Part shown: positions 1 through 22,930 of the stretch, piece after piece
Position numbering within the stretch: position 1 is the first letter of the stretch
Layout of the letters: the number at the start of each line of letters is the position of its first letter
Assembly: GCF_009914755.1 (NCBI RefSeq)
Contig: NC_060927.1
Source of the DNA: the human T2T-CHM13v2.0 reference genome, Homo sapiens
Reading direction: 5' to 3' (one strand)
DNA length: 64,000 nt
Translations under genes and position numbers: made by a program
The notes under the pieces: model-generated
What the model was told of the DNA's origin: nothing
Seen by the model: only the letters and a program-made list of their open reading frames with translations
Databases searched by the model: none

Positions 1-564
1 CTTTTTGTGCCTGGCTTAGTTCACTAAAGATAATGACCTCCAGTTCCATCAATGTTATGTCAAATGGCATGTTTTCTTTCTTTTTATGGACAAATAGTAT
101 TCCATTGTGTATATACCACATTTTCTTTAAACATTCATTCACTGATGGACACTTATCTTTATTATCTACCTTTGTTATTATAAATAGTGCCATAATAAAC
201 ATGCAAATACAGGTATTCCTGTGGTATACTGATTTCCTTTGGGTAGATATCAGTAATAGGATTGCTGGATCAAATGATAGTTCCATTTTTAGTGTTTTGA
301 GGTATTTCCATCCTGTTTTGTATAGTGGTTTACTAGTTTACATACCTACCAACTGTGTATGGGTGCTCCCTTTTCTCTGCATCCTTGCCAACATTCATTA
401 TTTTTTGTCTTTATAATAATGGCCACTTTGATTGGGGTAAGATGATACCTCCTTGTGGTTTTGATTTGAATTTATCTGATTAGTGACACTGAGAATTTTT
501 CATATAACTCTTGGCCATGGGCATGTCTTCTTTTGAGAAATATGTATTCATGTCCTTTGCACAC

Positions 565-766
<202 letters not shown>

Positions 767-1682
767 CTTTTTTTTTCTGTCGAGTTGCTTGATTTCCCTG
801 TATATTCTGGATATTGGTCTGCTGTCATGTGTTTAGTTTGCAAAGATTTTCTCCCATTCAATAGGTTTCTTCACACTGTTCATTATTTCTTTTGTTGTGC
901 AGAAGCTCTTTAGTTTAAGTCTCATTTGTCCATTTTTGTTTTTGTTGTCTCTGCTTTGGAAATCTTAGTCATAAATTCTTTGCCTAGACCAATGCCCAAG
1001 AGAGATTTCCCTAGGTTTTCTTCCAGTATTTTTATAGTTTTGGGTCTTACATTTAAGTTTTTAATCCATTTTTGTTGATTTTTGTATATGGTTAGAGATA
1101 GGGATCTAGTTTCTTTCTTCTGCATGTGGCTATCCAGTTCTCCCAGCACCATTTATTCAAGAAGGTGTCCTTCCCCCAATATAAATTCTTGTCAGCTTTG
1201 TTCAAGATCAGTTGGCTGTAAATATGTGACTGTGTTTCTGGGTTCTCTATTTTGTTCCAGTGGGATATATGTCTATTTTTAAACCAATACCATGTGTTTT
1301 GGTTAGTATAGCTTTGTAATATATTTTAAAGTCAGGTAATGTGATGCCTTCAGCATTGTTCCTTTTGTTCAGGATTACTTGGTTATGCAGGCTTTTATTT
1401 CACTCTATATGAATTTTAGAACTTTGTACAAAAATTCTGTGAAGAATGATGGTATTTTGATAGGGATTGCATAATCTGTGGTTTTTTTGGGAAATATGGT
1501 CATTTTCGTGATATTCTTCTGATCTTTGAGGATGGGATTTTTTCATTTTTGTTCTCTTCTATTTATTTAATCAATGTTTTGTAATTTTCCTTGTAGAGAT
1601 CTTAAATTTAGTCCTAGGGGCTTTAATTTTTATAGCTATTATAAAAGTCATTGGCTTCCTGATTTCTTTTTCAGATAGATGA

Positions 1683-2010
<328 letters not shown>

Positions 2011-3154
2011 GAAATGCTACTGATTTCTGTATATTGATTTTGTATTCTGCAAACTTACTGAATCCATTTATCAAATCTAAGAGCTTTTTGGTAGAGTTGT
2101 TAGGTTGTTCTCAATAAAAGATCATATTATTAGCAAAGAGGAACAATTTGAATTCTTCTTTTCCAATTTGGATTCCTTTTACTTATTTTTCTTGCCTGAT
2201 TGGCTAGGACTTCTAATACTACGTTGAATAGGCATGGTGAAAGTGGGCACCCTTATCTTGTTCCATTTGTTAGAGGAAAGGCTTTCAACGTTTCCCATTC
2301 AGTTTGATGTTAGCTGTGGGTTTGTCATATATGGCCTTTATTATTGTGAGGTGTTTTTTTCTATGTTTAGTTTTTGAGAGTTTTTATCCTGAAGGATTGT
2401 TGAATTTTATCAAATGCTTGCTCTTTGTCTATTGAGATTATCATATTTTTTTCTTCATTCTGTTGATGTGATGTATTACATTTATTGATTTGCATATGTT
2501 GAACCATCCTTGCATCCCTGGGATAAATCTCACTCAATTGTGTTATCTTATCTTTTTAATATGTTGTTGGATTTTGTTTGCTTATATTTTGTTGAGGAAT
2601 TTTTGTGCATGTTCATCAGTAATATTAGTCTATAGTTTTCTTTTGTTGTTGCTGTGTCTTTGTCTGGTTTTAATATCAGGGTGATGCTGCTCTCATAGAA
2701 TGAGTTAGAGGGATTCCCTCCTCTTCAAGGGGGAATTTTTTGGAATAGTTTCAGGAAGATTGGTATTAATTCTTTGTAAATTTGGTGGAATTTGGCAGTG
2801 AAACCATCTGGTGCTGGGATTTTCTTTGTTAGAAGATTGTTTATTCCTAATTCAACCCTGCTACTTGTTATTGGTCTGTTCAGGTTTTCTGTTTCTTCTC
2901 GATTCTATCTTGGTAGGTTGTGTATTTCCAATACTTTATCTATTTCCTCTCGGTTTTCCAGTTTGCCAAAGTATAGTTGTTCATAATAGTCTCTGATGAT
3001 CTCTTTATTTCTGTAGCATCAGCTGTAATGTCTCCTTTATCATTTCTGATTTTGTTTATTTGAGCCCTCTCTCAGCTTTATTAGTTTAGCTAGCAGTTTA
3101 TCTATTTTGTCTATCTTTTCAAAGAATCCACTTATCATTTTGTTGATTCTTTTA

Positions 3155-3997
3155 AAAATATTTATTTCTTATAAATAAGTTTTATTTTCTATTCAGTGGG
3201 TACATGTACAGGTTTGTTACATAGGTATATTGCATGATGCTGAAGTTTGGGGTACGATTGATCCCATAACTCAGGTAGTGAGCATACTACTCAACAATGT
3301 GTTTTTCAGCCTTCTCTCTCCCCCTTCATCCCTCCCTCTAGTAGTCTCCAGTATCTATTTTTGTCATCTTTGTGCCCTGAGTATCCAGTGTTTAGCTCCC
3401 ACTTATAGTGAGAGCATGCAGCATTTGGTTTTCTGTTTCCATGTTAACTCACTTAGGATAATGGCCTCCAGCTGCATCTGTGATACTGCAAATGACATGA
3501 TTTTATTCTTTGTGATGGCTGTGTAGTGTTTCATGGTGTATATGCATACCATTTCATTTATCCAGTTCACCATTGATGGGCACCTAAGTTGAGTCCATGT
3601 CTTTGCTATTGTGATTAGTGTTGCAATAAACATGTGAATGCATGTGTCTTATTAGTAAAATGATTCATTTTCTTTTGGAAATATACCCAGTAATAGAATG
3701 GGTGGCCAAATGGTAATTCTGTTTTAAGTTCTTTGATAAATCTCCAAACTGCTTTCCATAATAGCTGACCTAATTGACATTCCCACCAAAAATGTCTAAG
3801 CATTCCCTTTTTTCTGCAGCCTTGCCAGCACCTGTTGTTTTCTGACCTTTAAATAATAGCCATTCTGACTGGTGTGAGATGTTATCTTATTGTGGTTTTA
3901 ATTTGCATTTTTCTTATGATTAGTGTTACTGAACATATTTTCATATGTTTGTTTGCTTCTTATATGTCTTCTTTTGAGGAGTGTGTTTTCATGTCTT
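3155..3997 (-). mobile_element. LINE-1 3' end (L1PB-like), 5'-truncated
   Basis: L1PB-type 3'UTR (GGTACATGTACAGGTTTGTTACATAGGTATATTGCATGATGCTGAAGTTTGG); ORF 3403..3633(-) resembles the ORF2 C-terminus (MFIATLITIAKTW...LEAIILSEL). Confidence 0.85.
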
Positions 3998-4039
3998 TAG
4001 TGCTATGTGCCTACTTCAAAATGTTAGATCTCAAAATAA

Positions 4040-6005
<1,966 letters not shown>

Positions 6006-6099
6006 CCTCAAGGCAGTTTTTAAAAATTCAGTTTATTTCTACTTTTCAGTTTCCATTATCCTTACTCTAACAAAGCCAAATTTTAATGCATTGGATAGA

Positions 6100-7810
6100 T
6101 ATCTTTTATTGATGTGTGTTTCATAGATTTGTTTTATTGTTTTGTGTGCAAAATAGTGGTTGCCTAAGTCGTATTGTGTTATCTAAAGAAACAAATATGT
6201 TTTCTTGGTATTCCTATATTGGCACGGAAACATCTAGTTTATTTCTTCCTATTGTTGTGTGGTTCTACAGGGTGAGAATATACTGCAATTTACTTAATCA
6301 CTTTCTTATTAATGGATAACAATTTGGCTTCCAGCTTCCCACCCACCACAAATATCATTGCAATATATTTCTGCCAACATCTTCTTAAAAAGTTGTATGA
6401 GTATATATTTGGCTTATACACCTGAAACCAGAATGAGAATGAGTTTGAATGTGTTATTTACATACTTGTTTAGATACTGATGAATGGCTCTCCAAAATGT
6501 CTCTACACTCCCCTCTAGAAATACATGAGGCTTGTTTATCTTCATCATCTACCAAACTCAGCATTATTCAGTGGCTTCCAAAAACTCTAAATGCTGAAAA
6601 TACTTACCAATTTGTATGTTTTATAAAGGGGTTTAATACAAGTAAGTACTTGGTTTAAAAAAATCAGTGGATGGGATGCAAAAGCAAGTCTAGACTGGGC
6701 CTCTAAGAATTATGTCAGAAAAAAATAATCACATATCTTCTAAAGAGAGTTTCAACCTTGAGACCACCATGGAACTTTTGAGCTTAACAACATATGATGC
6801 AGCTGCTAAGTTAAGGAAACTACAACTAGAAAGGAGCTCTCACTATCACTACAGATACAAATACGTCTTGGTATCTCCTAAGTGACACTCAGAATGCTGG
6901 AGAATCAATCATCACTGCAGGAGTAGCTCAGATCTCTGGACTGATTTCTGCTAGCAGAAAATAGCAAAAAAGGCAAGAAGAAGGTCTTTGTCATTTTCTA
7001 TTTACCAATTTTATGAGCATTCACCTAACATACAATTTGTTTCTAGAATCTTAGCTGCAAAGGAGTATGGGGAAAATAGGGGTTTTCTGGCCTCTATAAT
7101 GCAAAAAAGCACATTAAAACCATGTATGAAAAGGATTTTGAAAGAGCCAATTCATAGCATCCACCATGCCAACTTTCTAATGGTTGGCAGTCTAATGTGT
7201 GAAAATGACTTTGTGCCTTCTGTCTATTCTTTTTAGAACTGGGATTTCCATTTCTATAAAATACATATTTTTTAAACTTTCTGGTTGTAATCTTGATTAT
7301 TTTTGTTGGTTTGATTACAGATTCTAGATAATAGACACCTTGCCATTTTGTACAATAGAAATATTCCTCATAACATTTTATGCCTGTTGACATAATTTTT
7401 TAATTTACAGAAATACTTATTTAGTGTGATAAAATGTGTTATTGTTCCACAGATATCCTGTAATTTGAGTTTTGTTTAACAAGGCCTTTCTTATTCCTAG
7501 GCCGTAAGGATGAATTGTCTTTTAATAAATTTATAAATGTAATAATGTTTTAAAAAATTAATGCCCTTAATTTATCTAAAAACCATTGTGTGTATTTTGA
7601 TAGGTAGAGATATCCTTATCCTTGTTTTCCCCTTTTAAGTAAGCTGGTTTTTCAGCACCATTTACCTAACAATTATTCATTCTCCGTTAAATTGTTTTAC
7701 ACCTTTATTGAATCTCACGTTCCTGAATGTGTGCATGTGTGTGTATACATGAGTGCACATGTGTTTGGGGTGTTTATTTTGATCCTTTAATGTATCTTTT
7801 GCATTACATC
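6100..7810 (-). mobile_element. Very old L1M(E)-like 3' fragments, probably split by an LTR-like insert at about 6570-7160
   Basis: Weak similarity to antisense L1 3' sequence; similar degenerate L1 sequence resumes at 10694-11620 after the young L1 insertion. Confidence 0.45.
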
Positions 7811-7831
7811 AATGTCATCCTTTTTTTTATT

Positions 7832-10767
<2,936 letters not shown>

Positions 10768-11629
10768 TGATCTGTATTTTGCATATAATTTTTCAGTTAT
10801 TTTTATTGATATCTTCATAACACTAATCAGAGATTTTGGCTGAGATTGCATTACATTTATAGGGGATTATGTAAATAATTGGCATATTTACATGTCATTT
10901 CATTAAATATCTCTATATTAAACAACAAAGTCTCTGTCCTCCATTAGTTAAAAATATTATCCGTGATATTCTTAACTATTAGATTGGTTGATTCCTAAAT
11001 AGTAGGTTGAACCATATGAATATATCATTTTTATTATTTATAAAAGGGTTGGTTATTGTTAAATTCACATGGTTAAACTTAGTACTTTGTAGTTTTATTG
11101 TTATAATCAATTATATATTTCACTTTTATATTTATTTTTGGTGCTGAGAACAACTATTAATTTGTATAAATTAATGATGGTTTATGCAGCCATGTCTAAT
11201 ACTTTGTTGGTTGTATTGCTATCTTTTTCTGAAATAGGTATTATATCATCTGCCAATAATAACAGTATTATCACTTTCCTTCCAATACTTAACACCTCAT
11301 TCCTCTTTCTTTTCCTACAGAATTGATCAGGTTATAGGGTATTTAGCATGCATGCCAATAAAGAATATTGTTATAGCCAGCATTCTTTTTTCTCATTAGT
11401 AAAGGAAATGATCACAATTGTTTTCTACTTACCATACATTTCTGTTATATAAGCTTCACTACATTCAGAAATTTTTTTTTAGATTTTATAGGTTGCTGAC
11501 AGATTATTATGTTTTTGTCCCAAATGTTTAAAGAAAGATTTATTTGAATATTGAATATTGAAATTATTTTTTACAGGAATCTATTACTATAATGAATTAT
11601 ACTAATGGATTCTCTAATGTTTATCATCT

Positions 11630-11985
11630 GTGGATACAAGTCATCCAGGTACAGCTTATATTTCAAGCAAGCCTTCCTTGCAGCTAATTAGAGTTATATG
11701 ACTAAATATGGGAAATACAATGATAGTAAAGTTATTGTGAGTGACTTACAGGTTATCTCCAACTCAACACACAACAGTGGCCCTGGACATTGACCATTTC
11801 TCCCTTCTTGACTAGACATGACAATAACTGGAGTGACTTTAGAAGCCATAAATTAAGTGTTGACATGTCATACCATCCTGAACCAATCAGAATCTCCCAT
11901 GAGATAAAAATAAACTTCTATCTATGTAAGTCCCTGAAATTTTGTTGTTGTTGTTACCTCAGTTAAACCTTTATCCTATCTAATG
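11630..11985 (+). mobile_element. Old MaLR LTR (MLT1H/I/J-like)
   Basis: CCTTCCTTGCAGCTA motif and 3' AAATAAACTTCTATC...GTTGTTAC terminal pattern. Confidence 0.45.
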
Positions 11986-12273
11986 ATGTCTTTGAAGTTT
12001 GGTGATAAACCCTAATTCATCAGAATGCATTATAACTTTTCTAAATGTACTATTAGATTAGTTTGAATAATGCTTTGTTGTAGATTTTAGCATTTCTATT
12101 AATAAGCAAAATGTGGCTAAAATTTTACTTTCTTATATAATTAGTATAGTCAATATTTTACATAATCTTATATAGAACATAATTTTAAAATAAAAATTAT
12201 ATTAGACTTTTAAATTAATCTTGACAGCTTTTTCTCTTTATTTAATTTCCAAAAAAGAAATGTGTAAAATGCA

Positions 12274-14548
<2,275 letters not shown>

Positions 14549-14929
14549 CTATTGGTGGGAGGGTGCTTCTGAGATGGAAAACATGTCTTTAGCTACAATT
14601 TAAATTTACTTAATTCTAATTAGTCTGTTAAAATATTCTATTTATTACATATTTGTAATGAATTTGTCATGTCATCTATTTTCTTTATATATTTATTAGC
14701 ATAGTATTAGCATGATAATGGCCTTTTTTTTGTTCAACAGTCCTTCCTTTAGTTTATCCCTCTTTCTCCTCTCACAATTCCTTAGAGGCAGCAAGGAAAA
14801 ACTGAGGGGACCCTTTTAATACTTTGGCTACAAAATTTTTTAGCTGGATTACCCAGGCCTTTAAGCACATTTTTCTATTAATACCTGTCTTTTATCACAG
14901 CATCCTACATTTGAGTGCCACAATCTGAA

Positions 14930-15273
14930 TTTGGTCATCTATTGCTGCATAAATAATTAATCCCAAGCTTAGGCTCAAACAGCAAACACTTATTATGTCA
15001 CGAAATTGCTAGGGCCAGACACCTTACTTTCTTGCCATATGGCCTTCTCCATAGGCTGCCTGAGTACCCTCACATAGTGGCAGCTAGCTTCACTCAGGAA
15101 GAGCAATCCAAGAAGAGTGAGAGCCCAGCCTAATCTTCAAAGAGTTATGCCATCAACTCTTCTGTATTCTATGGTGACGCAGACCTATTCTGGTACAATG
15201 TGAGAGACTTTACAAGGGTCTGAACACAAGGAGGTGGGGGTAATCGGGAGCAACTTGGAGGTTAGCTTCCACA
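14930..15273 (-). mobile_element. MaLR solo LTR (MLT1F/G/H-like), internally deleted
   Basis: CTATTGCTGCATAA...AAACACTTATTAT start and ACAAGGG..TGAACAC.AGGAGGTGGGG...CCACA end. Confidence 0.6.
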
Positions 15274-17984
15274 GTTATTAAGGCATAATCTCCACCATAC
15301 AACATGAGGAGTGGGCTTTGCCAAGAGTATCAACATACATTCTGCTGGATCTTCATCTAATGGTCAGTTGAAATGGACATATTGGAATTTATTATAAAAT
15401 AATAATTTTAAATGATTTTTAAATGATTTGCTACACAGATCAGTTACCTGTAATGAAAAACTAACAGACAAGTGATTTTTAAAAATTGGATCAGTATGAG
15501 GTTCACCTATAATATGTTCACACTATCCTGGCCCCTGAGAGTAATATTATAATAAAACTCATTTTTATAAGTGACATCATCCTAGTCTTGGTATCAAATG
15601 AGGCATAAATGGATTGAAGTGCTCATTTGGCCTAATAATGTAGCGAGGTTATTTCAATTAGAATCACCCAGCTACTAGTAATCTGACTATGTTATTGGAG
15701 CAATTCCTTTAAACTACTGACCAAGTCTTGCCTGGCTCAGCAGGCCACATCTAATGTGATTACCTCCTAACGTGTTATGACATTTAGGAATTCTATACAA
15801 CAATCTTAACAGGACATAGAAATACCACTTCTATAAAATGAACTGACATGAAGTTAATTCTTTAACGCATTTCATTAAGAGAAAAGTGTTTACTTTCATC
15901 TCTGCAAACAATTCCCTCATTAATCTGGGAAATATCACCTGAGAATGCTATTGAAGTCGATAAAATCAAATAAAATAATGACAGGTACCGACAGGAATGC
16001 AACAAATTCTACTCCAAAATATACTCCCCTATTAGAGCTGTTGTAAACCATGCTTGGATTCGGCTACCTTGGCAGAAGATTTAAAAAGAAAAGACACATT
16101 CACAGCTGTGTAATTAGAGGAGAATAAGACCAGCAATTAGTTGTAGAGTAGGTGTTACTTCTATGTTAGCATCTATTTTCAGTTTTTTATGTTTTGCTTT
16201 ATTTCCTGTTTCTTGCTGTCTATAAGAATTTCCAGACAAACTTTGAGAGTCTGGGCCATGTTTAACAAAATCACAGAATACTGAGATTAGGAGGAAGTTT
16301 AACCTAATGTTGCCAATTCCTGTTTAGACTTGTTTCCCTTCGAAGCAACTAATTTTTACCTCTGGAATTTGATTTTGACCCTAAACTTAATGGAACTTTA
16401 GTGATAGAACTCATTGCCTTCTGAAGGAGTACCTTCTACAAAAAGTTCATTTGTTCAATTGCAAAGTTCTTTGTCATATCAAGCTTGTTTATCCACTTGA
16501 AGTTTTCATATGTTGACATAAACTCTACCTTTGGCAATATCTAGCACAAGTCTCATTTCTCTTCAGCAAAAAAGACCCTTAAAAATATTTATGATAAACC
16601 CTTTTGTATTTTTGTTGCTAAAAGTGGAATCACCTCATAAAGCTGAATGATAGCATTACTGAGTCTCCTGAGATGGGCTTGTCATCACATTTTTCTTTCT
16701 GTGTGCCTTTACGACATCAAGAAGGTGCATGATTGCTGTGTATTTCCAGCTCATGAGAGATTTGGTCTTGCTACTCATTGACATGGAAGGTTAGCCTCAG
16801 TCAAAAGAGTTCAATAGTCTTCCCCAGGAGTATACTTCTTGACTCACAGTGACACAACAGGATAGGTGAATGAAATAATCTTGAGAGTCTGTATGCTAGT
16901 ATAAAACTAGTGAGGGCAGACATTAAAGACTCATAAAATTAAAAATCAAGAGAAAGGTCAAATCAGATGTGAAAAGTATTGTTTCTTAAGGAACTTACAC
17001 ATCCAGGATGATGTCAAAGCGAGAGACAGAGAATAAAGAGGGGGGACCTTTAAGTCAGGAATATAGCATGGTATGTGATTTGAAGCATTTACTGAATGCC
17101 AACGCTATGAGTGTTCGAGTAGTACTCTGGAATGTTGAGGGAGGGGATCATTTTTAATACTGGAATGAGAACCTGGGAAGTAGGGTACCAAAACATGTTG
17201 AATTGATTCAAGATTCAATTAACAGGGATTTATTGATGTTCTATATTGAGGCAGGCAATGTTTCGGGTACAGAATCCACAGTTTTAGGCAGTGAGACACT
17301 CACAAACTTACAATGCTATTAAAGTTGTGTGGCAATACACTGAACATAAATAAGACATGATATGCTGATTTTGAAGTTGTGAAAGAGTTTGCATCTGGAT
17401 TATTGATTTTATAGTATATTTTCCAATAGAAGTTATAAAAGTATTATGGTATTATTTTTATTGTGTACAATTTTTGTGGCTTAATACCAATGAGAAGTTG
17501 TATTTGCCAGATGTTATATGGTTTAAATACGACTAAAAATCTTAAGTTATAGTTTACTTGCTCTGGTTGGTTCTCTTTCAGTTTGTTTGCTCTCCCTGAA
17601 ATTTTAGATATCAGTGTAAGGAAAAATGAGTGAGACTGCCATAGAAATTCAGAGCTTTTTACATAGTCCAACTCAGTATAGTCAGGGTAATGGTGTCAAT
17701 GAGCTTTGTAAACAAAAATTGCTGTGGGAAAATTTCTCAGGGACTGTAATAGTGAGATGAAGCCCCTAGGTTCATACTGTGGAACCAAAGGCAAGACACT
17801 GAGATTAAAGCATTTTGTAAGCATTAAGTACTAATCATAAGTAGAAAATGATCATAAGTTTTTAAAAGAAAAAAATAGCATATACATAGAAAAGGATTTT
17901 TTAATCAACTGGGCTTTTAGATGTTACTAGTAATTGCTAAATAATATTCCAGAATCGTCTTTATAAAATCATATAGTACTAGAG

Positions 17985-19570
17985 TTTTAGTTTCAGAAAG
18001 GTGGGATAGACATATTTTCCCTATTTCCTCCTGCTAAGTACAGCTAAAAGCCCTGAATATTATATATAAAATAAACATAAGAAGATTGAAATGTGAAAGG
18101 AGGAAGGCAACTGGCTAAAGGCCTTAGGACCCAAACACTAACATAATAGGATGCTCTCTGGGTTTTCTTTTTTTACTCAGATCACAAACTTAAAGAAGCC
18201 AGAAACCCAGAAATACCAATAGGTGTAGACAAACAAAACACAACAAAAAACTCTAAACAAAACTCTAATCTCTCTAGCCAAAAGATGAAGAAAAAATATA
18301 GTGAGACAGATAGCTGTTAGATAATAGCTGCTTTACTCCAGCCAAACACCACTAAAAAGATCATAGTCCCATACCCATCAGCAGAAGCCAAGTGGGGAGC
18401 TAGATTTTCCTGCTTACAAGGGTATAATAAGATACTCCAATACCCTATCATGATGGTGTCAGAGAAGGCAGAGTAGGAACATAGGTCTCTCACTCCTTTC
18501 AGACAATAAGCTCCCTTCTTCCACTGCAGGATCAATAGAGACAACATATGGAGCCTGGACTTCCACTCCAATCATGCATTAATGATATTCTCCTCCCTGT
18601 TTCAACTGGGTGCTATCAGAGCAGACTCAGTAGAAAGTCAGGACTTTTACCACCAAACACACATTTTAGAACAAGAATCTAAGACATATTTTAGAACTTG
18701 AAAATATTACAACTGAGACAAACAAAACCTAAAACTCAACTCTCTGTGGGCGAGCTTAAGAGCAGAATGAAGAGGACTAGGGGAAAAAAAAATTAGAGAC
18801 CTTGAAGGTCTCTGATAGGATCTTCAGAGACAAAAGAAATTACACTTCTAAACAACAGAAAGACTGCAAAAATAAAGCAAAAAATAAGAATAACAAAACC
18901 CAAATCCTCAAGAACATCCGGGAGTATAACAAGGGATCTAACATTTATGTCACTGGAGTCTCAGAAAAAGAGGAGAATGAAGCTATAAGAATATTCAAAG
19001 TAATGTTGGCTAAAAAGTTGGAAATTTGAATAAAAGGCTAAACCCTTCAGATTTAAGAAACTGGGCAAACTTCAAATAGGATAAATCCATAGAAATCTGC
19101 ACCAAGATGCCTTGGAGTTAAACTTCTGAAAACTATATCATGAAAAACAATTTTAAAGGAGATAACTAACACTTTCCCTACACAGGGAAGATAATTTTAA
19201 TGACAGAGGTTTTCTCATCAGATCCATAGAGACTAAAAGGAAATGACACAATAGTTTTTAAGTACTGAAAGAAAAGAACTGTCAACCCAGAATTCTACAA
19301 CCAGAAAAAAATCTCTCAAGAAAGATGAATCAAGATAGTCTCTGATCAAGGAAAGCTAACAGAATTTCTCCCCAGTAGATTTATCCAAAAAGTCTTAAGA
19401 AAGTTCTCAAAAAGAAAAAGAAATGTTAAAAAAAATCTTGGGACATTAGGACAGAAGAACAACAAAGAACAAAAACAATCTGGGTAAATACAGAAAAATT
19501 CCCCACTCCTCTTGAATTTTGTAAATCATGTTTGATGTTTGAAGATAAAATTTTAACAGTGTGTGCTATA
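17985..19570 (+). mobile_element. Old L1M 5'UTR and ORF1 remnant
   Basis: ORF 18802..19029 contains SNIYVTGVSEKEE (ORF1-like); GAAAAGAACTGTCAACCCAGAATTCTA at about 19271 matches the ORF1 QPRI motif. Confidence 0.7.
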
Positions 19571-20106
19571 GTTCTGCAAAATAAAAACAAACAAAAAAAG
19601 CCACTACCAACCAAAACCAAAACAAACTAACCACAACGCTGCAGCTGGGTGTCAGTAAAAGTAACGTTCTGTTGCAACCAGATATTAAATGTTTGATCTC
19701 CATGGTCGCTTTCCATGGATTTGGACAAGAAAATGAAACATTCTTCAAAAAACATTCATGTTGTATACTTAAAATGTAAATTTTTCTACTTAAAGGTACC
19801 AACATCTTTGGTATGGGAGAGGACAGAAAAGCAGAAATGGAGTATTTTATTCTCTGAAGGAGGTAAATTAAATAAGAACAAACCATAAATAAGTTGAGAA
19901 GTATAAATTAAATACTAAATGATGTAATTCATACTCAAGTGTTAGAGAAGAATAGATTAAGACACAAACACGAAGGATTTGGGCTGGACTTTGAAGGATG
20001 GAAAAGACTTAGATAAAATTAAAGACAATGCACAGTGGGAGAAAGGACACAGAAATAAGCATGGGCATGGAAGCAACCAGGCTGAGATCCTTGATGTCGG
20101 AGTGTT

Positions 20107-21580
<1,474 letters not shown>

Positions 21581-21979
21581 AAGCACTAGTCATATTTCTC
21601 AACTTGAAGATGTGAAAAGTAGTACTTTAGGTGGGTTTGAATTTTGTGGAGCCTTAGAAACTATATAATATTTGCATTTGATAAAGAGCCATGAAACTGA
21701 TTCAAAACCAACCCAATACTGTATAAACTCTTTCTCACTTTAAATATAGACACATACAAATAGAGGAGCATTTCTGGTAGATTTATAGATAGTAAATTTG
21801 TAATAGTAAATTTGTAATCAAACATTGATAATGAAATATCACATCAAACTAGGAACCAGGAGTCTTCATTTCTAATTCTGTCACCATCTCTACTATGCCC
21901 CATGACCTTAAGATACACCTTAGCATGAATATGGGATTATTTTTACCATCTATGATATAGATAAATTTCTCAGCTTCAT

Positions 21980-22200
21980 AATAATAAACATTTTTATTGC
22001 ATGCTATATGTCAAGCACTAATACATATGCTGAACTATTTACCTGAATTGTCTCATTTAATAGTTAAAATATTCCTATGAGTTAAATCATATTATCCTTA
22101 CTTTTTAGGTGATAACTAAAGCCCAAACAGAGTTTTGAAAACTGCCTCAGTCAAAGGGTGGTATTAAGATTCCAACCTATATTTATCTTAGTCAACAGCT
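21980..22200 (-). mobile_element. MIR SINE
   Basis: TATATGTCAAGCACT...TCTCATTTAAT...CCTATGAG...ATTATCCTTACTTTTTAGGTGATAACTAAAGC core pattern. Confidence 0.65.
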
Positions 22201-22222
22201 AGGTTCATAGCCAGTATTCAAT

Positions 22223-22749
22223 CAAGGGTTCACAAATTGTGAGCCCATTGATGATATATGGCCCAAAGATATATGTTCTTAGATATACATTCTGTTTTAA
22301 AAGAATGAGCCAACATCTAAAACATCAAATGATTTTACATTAAAATAATTTTTATAATATTTTGAAAAAATTAGTAGGTCTTGAACTTCTCTGCCCAAAC
22401 TTAGCTGGACCTTAAGAACATTTGCCCATGCATTTGCCCATTTAGATATTCATGCATTCTCCACTTAAATGTAATCCCCAGCTCTCCCTATCACCTCCAA
22501 ACACACAGTGTGTCAATTATGATTTGTCATTGAGCTTGCACTATTGTTTTCTTCTTACATCTATAGTGGAACTTCTTTTTACCCATATTTCAAATAAAAG
22601 AAGTGGAATACTTCTTTTTACCCATATTTCAAATAAAAGTGAGAAAATTAACAATAGGCTGAAATATGTTATTTTTCTCATGCCTCTCCTAGATTCTTCT
22701 TTTATGTGAACTTGCTGGCTCCTATAGGCATGTAAGTTTGTAACTCCTG
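22223..22749. mobile_element. hAT-Charlie-like DNA transposon relic
   Basis: Imperfect terminal inverted repeats CAAGGGTTCACAAA / TTTGTAACTCCTG; family not identified. Confidence 0.4.
22565..22639. repeat. Two-copy tandem duplication of about 37 bp
   Basis: AGTGGAA(TA)CTTCTTTTTACCCATATTTCAAATAAAAG twice. Confidence 0.95.
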
Positions 22750-22766
22750 CCATATTGCCTCTGGAT

Positions 22767-22930
22767 CAGTGATCTCAACCTTGGCTGTACACATGAATCA
22801 CATAGAGAGATTTAAAAATTCCCAATGTTCAGTCTGCACTCTAGACCTATTAAATCAGAATTTCTGTGCATGGAGCCCAGGTATCAATATTTACAGCATC
22901 CCACTGTGCAGTCAATGTTGAGAACCACTG
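22767..22930. mobile_element. MER5A (hAT-Charlie MITE)
   Basis: TIRs CAGTGATCTCAAC / GTTGAGAACCACTG; 8-bp TSD CTCT(G/A)GAT at 22759-22766 and 22931-22938. Confidence 0.9.

Noticed and set aside
22565-22639. Direct repeats of CRISPR-like length
   Set aside because: Only two copies, no spacer, no cas genes, primate DNA
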